Positions 19,437 to 28,340 are shown, counted from the stretch's first letter. The stretch is 64,000 bases of DNA from an uncultured Chloroflexia bacterium (GCA_963746845.1 CAVVCZ010000007.1:1-64000), one strand, 5' to 3'. Translations and numbers: made by a program. The notes: a model not told the origin generated them from the letters alone.

Positions 19437-20630
19437 TCATCGACGGGACCGGACTCCGGGAACCCGATCGGACGAAAGGAGGACCACGATGCCCGCCCTC
19501 GAAAGCGCCGAGATCGTCGAGACGACGAACACTCCGGCCCGCAAGGCGTGCCTCACCGCCGGCTGCGCGTGCAGGGACGCGCGGATCGTGTCGTTCCGCC
19601 GGGCTGCGTTCCACGCAGCCGTCGCCCGAAGTTCCGGCGAGACCGCCGACCGGACCATCCCGGCCGAACCCGAGTGGCGGATTCCCACGATGGACGACCC
19701 GACGATCGGGGGCGCCATCGACGACTGAGGCGGCACCAGCGTCGAGCCGAGCGGGATGCCGTCGGCGAGGTAGATGCCGGTCGGGCCGTCCGGCAGCAAG
19801 TCGAACGTGAAGCCGACGTCGTAGCGCTCGAGGATGGCGCTCATCACGGTCGCCCCGTCGACGCGGTCGCCGGCGACGAGGGTCCCGAGGAGCCGGCCGT
19901 CGGCGAGCGGATGGCCTGGCGAAGCATGGAGCACACGTCCGTCGTCGAGGACCAGCCGGACGACCTCGTGGGTCGGCGGGACCGGGGTCTGGCCGATGCG
20001 CGTGACGGTCGCGACGAAGCGCCGGCCGGCTGCATCGATCGACCAGACGTGCATCCCCACGCGGACGTCCTCGATCGCGACCTCGCCGCCGAGCGTCGCG
20101 ATCCGCGTCCCCCGGGCGAGGCAGATCGGGCAGTTCGGCTGCGTGGCCGGCACCTGCTGATCGATGGTCACCGCGCCGTGGTCCTCGATCGTGCCGGTGG
20201 ATCGGCGGCCCGCGCCGGCGCCGGGCGGCGGCATGTTGAGGTAGTCAAACCGATAGCTCCCGCTCGCCGCCGGATCGAGGGTGATCGCCCGGACCTGCTT
20301 CCAGAGCTGGTAGATCGCAAGCTTCTGGGCGTCCGTGAAGGTGGAGCCGGAGATGCCGAGACGGGCGGTGACGGCCGCGAACCCGTCGGTGTCGGCCTGG
20401 GCCTGCGGGAAGTTCTCCTTGGCGACGGCCATCTCGTCCGCACGGGCCACCGGGTACAGGTCGGGGTCGCAATACCAGAGCGGGCCGAACTCGTCGATCA
20501 GGTGGAGCTTCAGCTCGGCCGTCGTCAGCGCCCGGCCGGCTGACGGCGCCGGTGGCGACGGTTGGCTGGTCGAGCACGACGCCAGGACCACGAGGATGAA
20601 GAGCACGGCAGCGAGGCGGGATCGGCTCAT
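19437..20630 (-). CDS. Lipoprotein with C-terminal Hint (intein-like) domain; the natural end is probably near 19725
   Basis: Lipobox VLASC; Hint block A CLARGTRIAT..G...IED.RVG; block B SPGHP; terminal TFDL...IYLADGIPLGST. Confidence 0.85.
   Translation of the reverse strand: MSRSRLAAVLFILVVLASCSTSQPSPPAPSAGRALTTAELKLHLIDEFGPLWYCDPDLYPVARADEMAVAKENFPQAQADTDGFAAVTARLGISGSTFTDAQKLAIYQLWKQVRAITLDPAASGSYRFDYLNMPPPGAGAGRRSTGTIEDHGAVTIDQQVPATQPNCPICLARGTRIATLGGEVAIEDVRVGMHVWSIDAAGRRFVATVTRIGQTPVPPTHEVVRLVLDDGRVLHASPGHPLADGRLLGTLVAGDRVDGATVMSAILERYDVGFTFDLLPDGPTGIYLADGIPLGSTLVPPQSSMAPPIVGSSIVGIRHSGSAGMVRSAVSPELRATAAWNAARRNDTIRASLHAQPAVRHALRAGVFVVSTISALSRAGIVVLLSSDRVPGVRSRR
19489..19728 (+). CDS. 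Small Cys-rich hypothetical protein (79 aa, CLTAGCAC)
   Basis: Strong RBS GAAAGGAGGA 5-6 nt before the ATG, GC-rich third codon positions and an upstream shared motif. Confidence 0.7.
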   Translation: MPALESAEIVETTNTPARKACLTAGCACRDARIVSFRRAAFHAAVARSSGETADRTIPAEPEWRIPTMDDPTIGGAIDD

Positions 20631-20775
20631 CAGGACCATGACCGCTCGACCATCGGCCAACGACGTGGTTCGCCCTCGGTGGGTTCCGCCGACGAGGCGG
20701 CTGTGCACGCGAGAGCCCGGGCGGCGATCGCCAACCCGGGCTCCTGGTTCGGTGTCGGTGGACGACGGCGTGCCG

Positions 20776-21024
20776 TCAGCCCCCCTGTTCGACCTCGTAG
20801 AGGGTGTGGGCCTCGAGCCCGTGGGCCTCGCGATGGACGCGCGTCGCGGTTTCGCGATCCGGCGCGTCGACCAGGCAGAAGACCTTGCCGTTCTCCTCGT
20901 CGACCCAGTAGCTCTTGTAGTTCACCCCGTACTTGCCCTGAACCTTGAGGTCGGCCTCGTGGGCGCCCGCGACGGCCTCAGCGGTCACGCCGGGAATGTC
21001 ATGCATGTCCATGTACGTCGGCAT
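20776..21024 (-). CDS. DUF4242 / SCO4226-like small protein
   Basis: YMDMH...AHEADL.VQ.KYGVNY..YWVDE..GKVFCL.DAP...VHREAHG. Confidence 0.85.
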   Translation of the reverse strand: MPTYMDMHDIPGVTAEAVAGAHEADLKVQGKYGVNYKSYWVDEENGKVFCLVDAPDRETATRVHREAHGLEAHTLYEVEQGG

Positions 21025-21127
21025 CAGCGGTCCTCCTGAGTTGAGTGTAGAGAGCCGATGGTATGTCGGGTGCCCGCACGGCATGTGGGCGGATGCGATC
21101 ATCCCTCCCCCGCGCTGCTCCACGGGC

Positions 21128-22180
21128 TCACAGCCCCAGCTCGTCCGCACGCCGCGCGAGCTCCACACGTGACTGGACGCCGAGCTTCACATAGGCGTTC
21201 GCGAGGTGCGTCTCGACCGTCCGGTCGCTGATGTACAGCCGCCTCGCGATCTCGAGGGCGGTCTGGCCGTCGACGGCAAGCCGCACGACCTCTCGCTCGC
21301 GCTGGCTCAGCGCGCCGACTCCGACCCCGAACGCCGGCCCGCGCCGTCGCTGGTGGGCGCCGACGAGGAACCGCTCCACCTCGCGGAGCACGGCCTCGGC
21401 GTCGCCGACCCACGGGACGTGGTCGATCCCCGGCAGCTCCACGAGCTGCGCCCCGGGGATTCGCGCGGCCAGGTACCGGGCGTTGCCGACGTCGAACCAG
21501 CGCTCCTCGGTCCGATGAAGCACGAGGGTCGGCACCGAGACGCCCGGCAGGATGTCCCGGACGTCGATCTGCGAGTTCATCCGGACGAGCGCCGTCGCCA
21601 TCCCGGGGCTCGCGCCGGCCCGAAGGTAGCGCGCCCACCAGCGTCGATAGCGCTCGTCGGCCAGGGCGGTCGGGTTGTGCTGGATCCACCACTCGCCCGT
21701 CTCCCAGGCGCGCTCGATCCCCGCGAGGAAATCGGCGAACTGCTCGGGCGACCGACCCCACGGGTAGTCGTCGTCGCGCAGCCAGCGGGCATACGAGCCA
21801 TAGGCGATCAGCGCCGACGTCCGCTCGGGGTAAGTGCACGAGAACACGATCGAGAGCGGACCGCCCTCCGAGATGCCGAACAGCGCCGCCCGGTCCGAGC
21901 CGACTGCGTCCAGCACCGCGCCAATGTCGGCCATCCGCTCGGCGAAGGTCGGCGGCTCGGCGACCGGATCCGACAGGCCGGTCCCCCGCTTGTCGAAGAG
22001 GATCAGGCGGCTGAACGATGCGAGCCGGTTCAGGAACTGGCTGAGATGCGGTTCCTCCCACGCGACGTCGAGGTGGGAGACGAAGCCGTGCACGAGGACC
22101 AGGTCGAGCGGGCCGTCGCCGACGACCTGGTAGGCGATGCTGACGCCATCGCTCCTGGCGTACCGGGTCTCGGGCCGCAC
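21128..22180 (-). CDS. Alpha/beta hydrolase-fold sensor fused to a LuxR HTH
   Basis: TRYARSDGVSIAYQV.G.GP, FDKRGTGLSD, GISEGG; C-terminal LuxR HTH. Confidence 0.9.
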   Translation of the reverse strand: MRPETRYARSDGVSIAYQVVGDGPLDLVLVHGFVSHLDVAWEEPHLSQFLNRLASFSRLILFDKRGTGLSDPVAEPPTFAERMADIGAVLDAVGSDRAALFGISEGGPLSIVFSCTYPERTSALIAYGSYARWLRDDDYPWGRSPEQFADFLAGIERAWETGEWWIQHNPTALADERYRRWWARYLRAGASPGMATALVRMNSQIDVRDILPGVSVPTLVLHRTEERWFDVGNARYLAARIPGAQLVELPGIDHVPWVGDAEAVLREVERFLVGAHQRRRGPAFGVGVGALSQREREVVRLAVDGQTALEIARRLYISDRTVETHLANAYVKLGVQSRVELARRADELGL

Positions 22181-22322
22181 GGCGGAAGTCTAGACCCGGT
22201 GTCCTGCCCCCCACGAATCCGTACCGCCACGGAGGTAACGGACGCGTCCTCGACCTAGCGTGGCCGGCAGTGGTCGGTCGATAACCGACCCGAAGCCAGC
22301 CCGTGAAGGCAAGGAGGACGCC

Positions 22323-22970
22323 ATGACGACGACGACCGCGAAACCGGTCGTGTCCACCGCCGGTTACCTGCTGGAAGGCACGCTTCTCGAGGCCTGCTCG
22401 TGCGGCGTCCTCTGCCCGTGCTGGGTCGGCGAGGATCCGGACGGCGGCCAGTGCTTCGCCTTCAACGCCTACCACTTCGACCACGGAACGATCGGTGACG
22501 TGGACGTGGCCGGGCTCAACATGGTCCTGATCGTCCACATCCCGGGCAACGTCCTCGCCCCCGCGTCGTGGCAGGTCGTGATGTTCGTCGACGACGTGGC
22601 GACGCCCGCCCAGAAGGAGGCGATCGTCGGCGCCTACATGGGCCAATTCGGTGGCCCGCTCGCCGATCTGGCCGGGTTGATCGCCGAGGTTCGCGAGGTC
22701 CGCTCGGCCACGATCACCCACCGGATCGTCGGTGGCGTAGGCACGCTCCGGATCGACGACATCCTCGAGGCCGAGCTGGAGCCGTTCCGCGCGGCCGACG
22801 GCACGATCACGACCCTCCGGGACAGCCTGTTCAGCACCGTGCCGGGCTCCCCGGCGTACGTGGCGAAGGCGTCGACGAACCGGGTCAACCTGCCGGAGCA
22901 CGGCCTCGCGTGGGAGTTCAGCAACCGCAACGCGATCCAGGCCGACTACCGGATGGAATTCCGGGGATGA
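22323..22970 (+). CDS. DUF1326 domain protein
   Basis: LEACSCGVLCPCW.GEDPD...C motif; AAGGAGGA RBS. Confidence 0.85.
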   Translation: MTTTTAKPVVSTAGYLLEGTLLEACSCGVLCPCWVGEDPDGGQCFAFNAYHFDHGTIGDVDVAGLNMVLIVHIPGNVLAPASWQVVMFVDDVATPAQKEAIVGAYMGQFGGPLADLAGLIAEVREVRSATITHRIVGGVGTLRIDDILEAELEPFRAADGTITTLRDSLFSTVPGSPAYVAKASTNRVNLPEHGLAWEFSNRNAIQADYRMEFRG

Positions 22971-23725
22971 CCGCGATCGCGCGCCGGGAGGCCCGCCTCG
23001 ACGTCCGCTGGATCGTCGGCGCGGCATGGGCCCTGGCCGCTGCAGCGGAGGTGACCGGCCGGGGCAGCCTCCTCAACCACGACCAGCTGATCCATGGCGG
23101 CCTGCCCCGGCCGGTCGCACTCGTCCTCTTCCTTGTCGCGTGGCAGTTCATGGTCGCGGCGATGATGCTGCCGTCGGCGCTGCCGCTGATCCGGCTGTTC
23201 GACCGGGCCTCGGCGACGCAGCCTCGGGCGCGGGCGGCGCAAACGGCGTTCGTCGCCTCGTACGTGCTCGTGTGGACCGCGTTCGGCGCCGCGGCGTTCC
23301 TGTTCGACACGATCGTCCACGCGACGGTCGATGGGTCACCGTGGCTCCTGGCCCACGGCTACCTGATCGGCGGCGGCACCTTGATCGTCGCCGGTCTGTT
23401 CCAGTTCTCGCCGTTGAAGGAGGCCTGCCTGAGGCAGTGTCGCAACCCGGGCGCCTTTCTTCTCCGCTACTACCGTCGCGGGGTCGGACGGGCATTCGTG
23501 ACCGGCGCATGGCACGGCGTGTTCTGCCTCGGCTGCTGCTGGGCGCTGATGCTCGTCGCGTTTGGCCTGGGGATGGCCAACCTTGTCTGGATGGCCGGGC
23601 TGACACTCCTGATGACGCTCGAGAAGCGCTGGGCTAACGGCCCGCTGCTGGCGCGCGTCAGCGGCGCCTGGCTGACGCTGGTCGGGCTCGTGATTGTGGC
23701 GCAGCCGCTCTGGGGTACGAGCTAG
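22967..23725 (+). CDS. DUF2182 metal-binding membrane protein
   Basis: MVAAMMLPS, QFSPLKEACLRQCR, GVFCLGCCWALM; the usual partner of DUF1326. Confidence 0.88.
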   Translation: MTAIARREARLDVRWIVGAAWALAAAAEVTGRGSLLNHDQLIHGGLPRPVALVLFLVAWQFMVAAMMLPSALPLIRLFDRASATQPRARAAQTAFVASYVLVWTAFGAAAFLFDTIVHATVDGSPWLLAHGYLIGGGTLIVAGLFQFSPLKEACLRQCRNPGAFLLRYYRRGVGRAFVTGAWHGVFCLGCCWALMLVAFGLGMANLVWMAGLTLLMTLEKRWANGPLLARVSGAWLTLVGLVIVAQPLWGTS

Positions 23726-24534
23726 ACCGGGACGGCGGCTCCCTGGAGGAACGCCCGCCCGCGGATCTCGGCGCTGCCGGCGAGCTGCGGGTCCTGGTCG
23801 TACCGCGCGGCATTGAGCGCCTGGTTCACGCCGTGCACGAGGTCGGTCAGCGGCGCGTTCGGATGCTGTCGGAGCTCGTGCAGGATGTAGTACGTCGCCG
23901 CGCCGTTGTACCGGCCGTTGATCTCCGCGTCGGCCGATGTCTGGCCGCTCTTGCAGCCCGAGATCAGCGCCAGGTGGAGCTTCGCCGGCGCCGTGAGCCG
24001 GGTCAGGGTCACGCCACGCTTGCGGGCCTTCTCGATCTCCTCTGCGATCTCTCGCGGCGGGTAGATCTCCCGCGCCTTCTGGCCCTTCGGCAGCAGCGCC
24101 CGCGTGAGGTTGCCCGAGTGGCAGCTGTCCGAGATCCAGACGAACTCCACGCCAGCGGGCACCCTGGAGAAGATCTTGTTGAACTGGTCGTCGCGGATCG
24201 CGTGCTTGCTGCTCCAGTCGAAGTCGACCGGGCAGATCACCTCGTCGAGACCGTCGATCTCGTGACCCGTCCGCGACGGCATCTGGGCGCCGTGGCCGCT
24301 GTAGTGGAAGAGCGCCCGGTCGCCGGCTGTGAGGCCGGCAACGAAGGTCTCGAGCGCGGCGAGGATGTTCGCGGTCGTGGCCGTGGCGTCGGTGACCGTC
24401 TCGATGTCGGCCGGCTTGAAGCCGGCGAGCTGGGTCAGGTACGCCGTGACGTCCTTGATGTCGTTGACGCATCCATGGAGCTCGTTCGGCGCGGGGTAGG
24501 CGTCGATCCCGACGAGCAGGGCCCTGCTGGCCAT
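23722..24534 (-). CDS. Caspase-family (C14, metacaspase-like) peptidase
   Basis: RALLVGIDAY..LHGCVND, HYSGHG (catalytic His), DSCHSG (catalytic Cys), QDPQL. Confidence 0.9.
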   Translation of the reverse strand: MASRALLVGIDAYPAPNELHGCVNDIKDVTAYLTQLAGFKPADIETVTDATATTANILAALETFVAGLTAGDRALFHYSGHGAQMPSRTGHEIDGLDEVICPVDFDWSSKHAIRDDQFNKIFSRVPAGVEFVWISDSCHSGNLTRALLPKGQKAREIYPPREIAEEIEKARKRGVTLTRLTAPAKLHLALISGCKSGQTSADAEINGRYNGAATYYILHELRQHPNAPLTDLVHGVNQALNAARYDQDPQLAGSAEIRGRAFLQGAAVPV

Positions 24535-24608
24535 GAGGTCACCTCGAGTCGCGGAGGAAGACGGCCACCCTACCGCCGTGCCGTCTGGCCGGCGTCTCGG
24601 GAGCGCCG

Positions 24609-25154
24609 TCAGCTCGAACGGGAGCCCGTGAGCGGCTCGTCGCCCGCGCGCCAGACGGCCTCGCCGTCCTCGAGCTCCTCGGTGCGCCGGAGGCCGGCGG
24701 CGCGGGCCACCGACGCGGACGCCACGTGATCGGGATGGATGTGCGCGGTGATCGTGCCGACGCCTGACTCCGCCAGCGACCGGACGAGGGCTCCGGCCGC
24801 CTCGCTCGCGTAGCCGCGGCCCTGCCACGGGACGCCGATGACCCACGCGACATCGGCCGACCGTCCGCTCCCCTCCCCGGTGATCGTCGCCTGGACGAAG
24901 CCGACCATCTCGCCGCCCGGCCGCAGCCGGACGATCCAGTTGTGCCAGGTCTCGGTCCCATCGGCGGAGTGGCCGACGGCCTGTCGCTCGTACCGTGCCC
25001 GCAGCTCCGCGAGGCTCGGCGGCTCGCCGCCGGTGAACGCGTAGAGCCCGGGATCGGCCAGCACCGCGACCATCTCGGCGGCGTCCTCGGGCCGCAGGGG
25101 CGAGAGGTCGAGGCGCGCGGTGGCGATCGGACCGGTCATGTCCGCCTTCGTCAT
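24609..25154 (-). CDS. GNAT acetyltransferase (RimJ/RimL-like)
   Basis: TARLDL.PL, WQGRGYASEAA, IHPDHVAS..VA. Confidence 0.85.
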   Translation of the reverse strand: MTKADMTGPIATARLDLSPLRPEDAAEMVAVLADPGLYAFTGGEPPSLAELRARYERQAVGHSADGTETWHNWIVRLRPGGEMVGFVQATITGEGSGRSADVAWVIGVPWQGRGYASEAAGALVRSLAESGVGTITAHIHPDHVASASVARAAGLRRTEELEDGEAVWRAGDEPLTGSRSS

Positions 25155-25180
25155 GGCTCCCGGGTTGCGCCCCGTCCGAG

Positions 25181-25214
25181 GATTGAACCATTCACGGCGT
25201 CCACGGCTCTTCAG
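25181..25214 (+). promoter_or_regulatory. Putative autoregulatory ECF promoter
   Basis: GATTGAACC -35 element identical to the other ECF promoters; the -10 region differs (GCTCTTCAGT). Confidence 0.5.
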
Positions 25215-25257
25215 TCTGATCGCGCTCGGACGAGCGCGTCGAACCGAGGTGGGACGG

Positions 25258-25812
25258 GTGCATCGAGCCCTCGTGGACCGGGCGAGACAGGGTGACGCTG
25301 AGGCCTTCGGCACCCTGGCGCGGACGGTCGGCGACCGATGCATGGCGATCGCGTTCCGGATCCTGCGCGACGCCGATCTCGCGGACGAAGCGGTCCAGGC
25401 CACGCTGGTGACGGCGTGGCGTGAGCTGCAGGCGCTGCGCGATCCGGACCGCTTCGAGCCCTGGCTCCACCGGATCCTGACGAACGAGTGCTACGAGCTG
25501 TCGAGCCAGCGTCGTCGCTGGTCCCCCGACATCCACGTCCTGCCCTCGATCCCTCGATCCGAGTCCGACGACTTCCTCACCGTCGACGACCGCGACCAGC
25601 TCGACCGCGCCTTCCGAAGGCTGACGATCGAGCAGCGAACGGTCCTCGTCTTCCACCACTACCTCGGTCTCTCCCTGGCCGAGGTCGCCGAACGGGTCGG
25701 GATCCCGCTTGGCACCGCCAAGTCGCGGCTCCATCACGCGACGCTCGCGATGCGGGCGAGCGTGGAGGCCGACGCGCGCACGCCATCGACCTCACAGGAG
25801 CGACCGGCATGA
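25258..25812 (+). CDS. ECF RNA polymerase sigma factor (paralog of 13855-14433)
   Basis: LVDRARQGD.EAF, LRDPDRFEPW, GTAKSRLHHA. Confidence 0.92.
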   Translation: MHRALVDRARQGDAEAFGTLARTVGDRCMAIAFRILRDADLADEAVQATLVTAWRELQALRDPDRFEPWLHRILTNECYELSSQRRRWSPDIHVLPSIPRSESDDFLTVDDRDQLDRAFRRLTIEQRTVLVFHHYLGLSLAEVAERVGIPLGTAKSRLHHATLAMRASVEADARTPSTSQERPA

Positions 25813-26756
25813 CCGCGTCCCGCGATCCCGACCCCCTCATCCGCGCGTACCTCGCGGACGGTCCGACGGAGCTGCCGCGACGCAGCTACGAGGCCGTCGA
25901 CGAGGTCGTCGATCGAACACGACAACGGGCGATCCGCCCGTGGAGGAACCCTCACATGTCGAACCTTGTCCGCCTGGGGGTCGGCCTGGCCGCGGTCATC
26001 GTCGCGGCCGTGATCGGACTCAACTTCTTCCGCTACTCGGGCACGGGGCCCGGCGGCCCCGGACCCGCGGCTCCGTCCGGCCTCGGGTCGCAACCCGCGC
26101 GTCCATCGCCGACCGCGAGCCCCAAGCCGGTTGGCTACACCTGGCCCGGAACCCTCGACGCCGGCACGTACTCGACCAGCCTGAGCTGGGGCCCGAGCCT
26201 CGTCTTCAGCTTCACGGTGCCCGACGGCTGGGAGAGTCGCGACATCAACATCCTGAAGAACGAGTCGATGACCGTGAAGTTCTTCCCGGTGGCGAACGTG
26301 GTCACCGATGCCTGCAAGCGGACACTTCCGAAGACGCCGGCCGGATCACCCACCGCCGCCTCGAGCGCGCTCGCGAAGCTCGTGACCCTGTCGGCGGGTC
26401 CACGCTCCTCAGCCATCGGTGACCGCGGCGCCACGTACGTGGAGTACACGGTTCAGCCACCCACAGGCTGCAGCACGGACCAGTACACCCTCTTCAAGAT
26501 CCCCGACCAGGTCTGTGGCACCGGATGCGGCGGGATCGTGGGCAGCCCATGGCTCGGTCTCGAGTTCCCCCCGGGTCCCGAGCACAACCGGCTCTGGCTG
26601 ATGAACGTCGGGCGAGGCGCGGTCGCGATCGATGCGGCCTGGACCGATGCCGCCACGGCCGGCGACCTCGCGGAGCTCCAGTCGGTCCTCGACTCGATCC
26701 GGCTGGACACCCCGCTGGCGACGCCGCCCCCACAGCCGCAGCCGCAGGGCAGCTAG
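25809..26756 (+). CDS. Putative anti-sigma membrane protein
   Basis: 4-nt overlap with the ECF gene; N-terminal IRAYLADGP...RTRQR, TM helix and a Cys-containing extracytoplasmic domain. Confidence 0.7.
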   Translation: MTASRDPDPLIRAYLADGPTELPRRSYEAVDEVVDRTRQRAIRPWRNPHMSNLVRLGVGLAAVIVAAVIGLNFFRYSGTGPGGPGPAAPSGLGSQPARPSPTASPKPVGYTWPGTLDAGTYSTSLSWGPSLVFSFTVPDGWESRDINILKNESMTVKFFPVANVVTDACKRTLPKTPAGSPTAASSALAKLVTLSAGPRSSAIGDRGATYVEYTVQPPTGCSTDQYTLFKIPDQVCGTGCGGIVGSPWLGLEFPPGPEHNRLWLMNVGRGAVAIDAAWTDAATAGDLAELQSVLDSIRLDTPLATPPPQPQPQGS

Positions 26757-28000
26757 CGGCGAGCCGGGGCCCCGGTCCGAGTTGGGCCGCGGGGCGCGAT
26801 CAGAACGCCGTCCCTCGCGACGAGCCAGATCCGGGCCGGGTCGGCGATCACGGCCGGCTCGGCGAGCGGGTCGCCGTCGACGACCAGCAGGTCGGCCGCC
26901 TGGCCGGCGACGACCGTCCCTCGGTCGGTCAGTCCGAGCGCCAGCGCCGACCCGGACGTCGCGGCCACGATCGCCTCCGTTGCCGGCAGCCCGGCCTCGA
27001 CCATCCGCACGAGCTCCTGGGCATTCGCCCCGGGCGGGCCGCTGTCGTAGCCCATCGCGAGGGTGACGCCGGCGGCCCGGGCAGCCACGAGTGTCTTCGC
27101 CGCCTCCTCGCGCTGCCGCTCGGCCTGGGCGACGAGCGACGGCGCGAAGTCGTCACGGAAGCGCTCGGCCAGGTCGTGGAAGGTCGACAGTGTTGGCACG
27201 AGGACGATCCCCTGCTCCGCCATTCGGTCGAGGAGCGCGGGCTCGCGGTGAAGGCTCAGACCATGTTCGATGGTGTCGACGCCGGCCCCGATCGCCAGCC
27301 GCGCGCCATCGAGTCCCTCGGCGTGGGCGGCGACCCGGAGGCCGAGCCGATGGGCCTCGTCGACCGCCGCACCGATCTCCTCGGCGGTCATCTGGGCGGG
27401 CTCCGGGTTCTCGCGCTCCACGGAGCGCGCGCCCGTGGCCATGACCTTGATGAAGTCGGCACCCCGTCGCAGCTGGCGGCGGACCGCGCGGCGCATCTCC
27501 CACGGCCCGTCGGCTTCTTCGTACATCGTCCCGAAGATCCGGGCGCCGGGCGCCGTCGTGGACAGGATCCGCCCGCACGACAGGATGCGCGGGCCCGGGG
27601 TGAGCCCGAGCCGGATGGCCTCCCGGAGCGTGATGGCCTCGTCCTCCGGGCTGCCGACGTCGCGGACGGTCGTGATTCCGGCATCGAGGAATGCGCGCGC
27701 GGCATTCGCCAGCACGAACCAGCGGAGGGCCTCCGGCCGGGGCTCCTCACCATGGAGTTGCGGAGTCGGCCCGAAGCCGGGCGATCGGTCGGTGTCGCTG
27801 ATGACATGGGTGTGGGCGTCGATCAGGCCGGGCAGGAGGGCGCGTCCGGCCAGATCGATGGCCCCGTCCGGCCGCGAGCGCCGCTCGACCGCCTCGATCG
27901 TCCGGATCCGGCCGGCGGCGACCCGGACGACGACGTGCTCGACCGGCGGCCCGCCCCGCCCATCGATCAGGCGCGCGTCCCAGAGGATCAGGTCATCCAC
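26753..28000 (-). CDS. Amidohydrolase family protein (Xaa-Pro dipeptidase-like)
   Basis: LPGLIDAHTH, GITTVRDVG, GADFIKVMATG, AAHAEG, TIEHG, ADLLVVDGDP. Confidence 0.9.
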   Translation of the reverse strand: MDDLILWDARLIDGRGGPPVEHVVVRVAAGRIRTIEAVERRSRPDGAIDLAGRALLPGLIDAHTHVISDTDRSPGFGPTPQLHGEEPRPEALRWFVLANAARAFLDAGITTVRDVGSPEDEAITLREAIRLGLTPGPRILSCGRILSTTAPGARIFGTMYEEADGPWEMRRAVRRQLRRGADFIKVMATGARSVERENPEPAQMTAEEIGAAVDEAHRLGLRVAAHAEGLDGARLAIGAGVDTIEHGLSLHREPALLDRMAEQGIVLVPTLSTFHDLAERFRDDFAPSLVAQAERQREEAAKTLVAARAAGVTLAMGYDSGPPGANAQELVRMVEAGLPATEAIVAATSGSALALGLTDRGTVVAGQAADLLVVDGDPLAEPAVIADPARIWLVARDGVLIAPRGPTRTGAPARR

Positions 28001-28103
28001 GGGCTCCACGTCCGGGATCGTAGCCCGGGGTCGCGACCGGGCGGAGCCGATCCTCGCCGGTCTCGCTCGACATCTGATGCAATGTCCAAGAGCATCACGC
28101 ATC

Positions 28104-28340
28104 ATGAGCCGCACCACGATCGATCTCGATTCAGCCGTCCTGGGTGAGCTGCGACGCCGGAGCCGGCGTGAAGGCAAGAGCATGGGCCAGGTGGCCTCGG
28201 AGCTCCTCGCGCGAGCCATGTCGACGTCCGCCGACACTCCCGCCCCGGAGTTCGTCTGGACGAGCGCCCCGATCGGTCCCGCGCTCGTGGACCTGGAGGA
28301 CAAGGAGGCCGTCCGTCGGGTCCTGGACCGCGACGGGTGA
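28104..28340 (+). CDS. vapB: VapB-type antitoxin
   Basis: MSRTTIDLD..VL.EL......GKSMGQVASELLA...VDLEDKEAV; GATGC/GCATC repeats upstream. Confidence 0.82.
   Translation: MSRTTIDLDSAVLGELRRRSRREGKSMGQVASELLARAMSTSADTPAPEFVWTSAPIGPALVDLEDKEAVRRVLDRDG

Noticed and set aside
19738-20123. Mobile self-splicing intein
   Set aside because: No terminal His-Asn plus nucleophile, no homing endonuclease and no conserved host protein; treated as a Hint/BIL-type domain.
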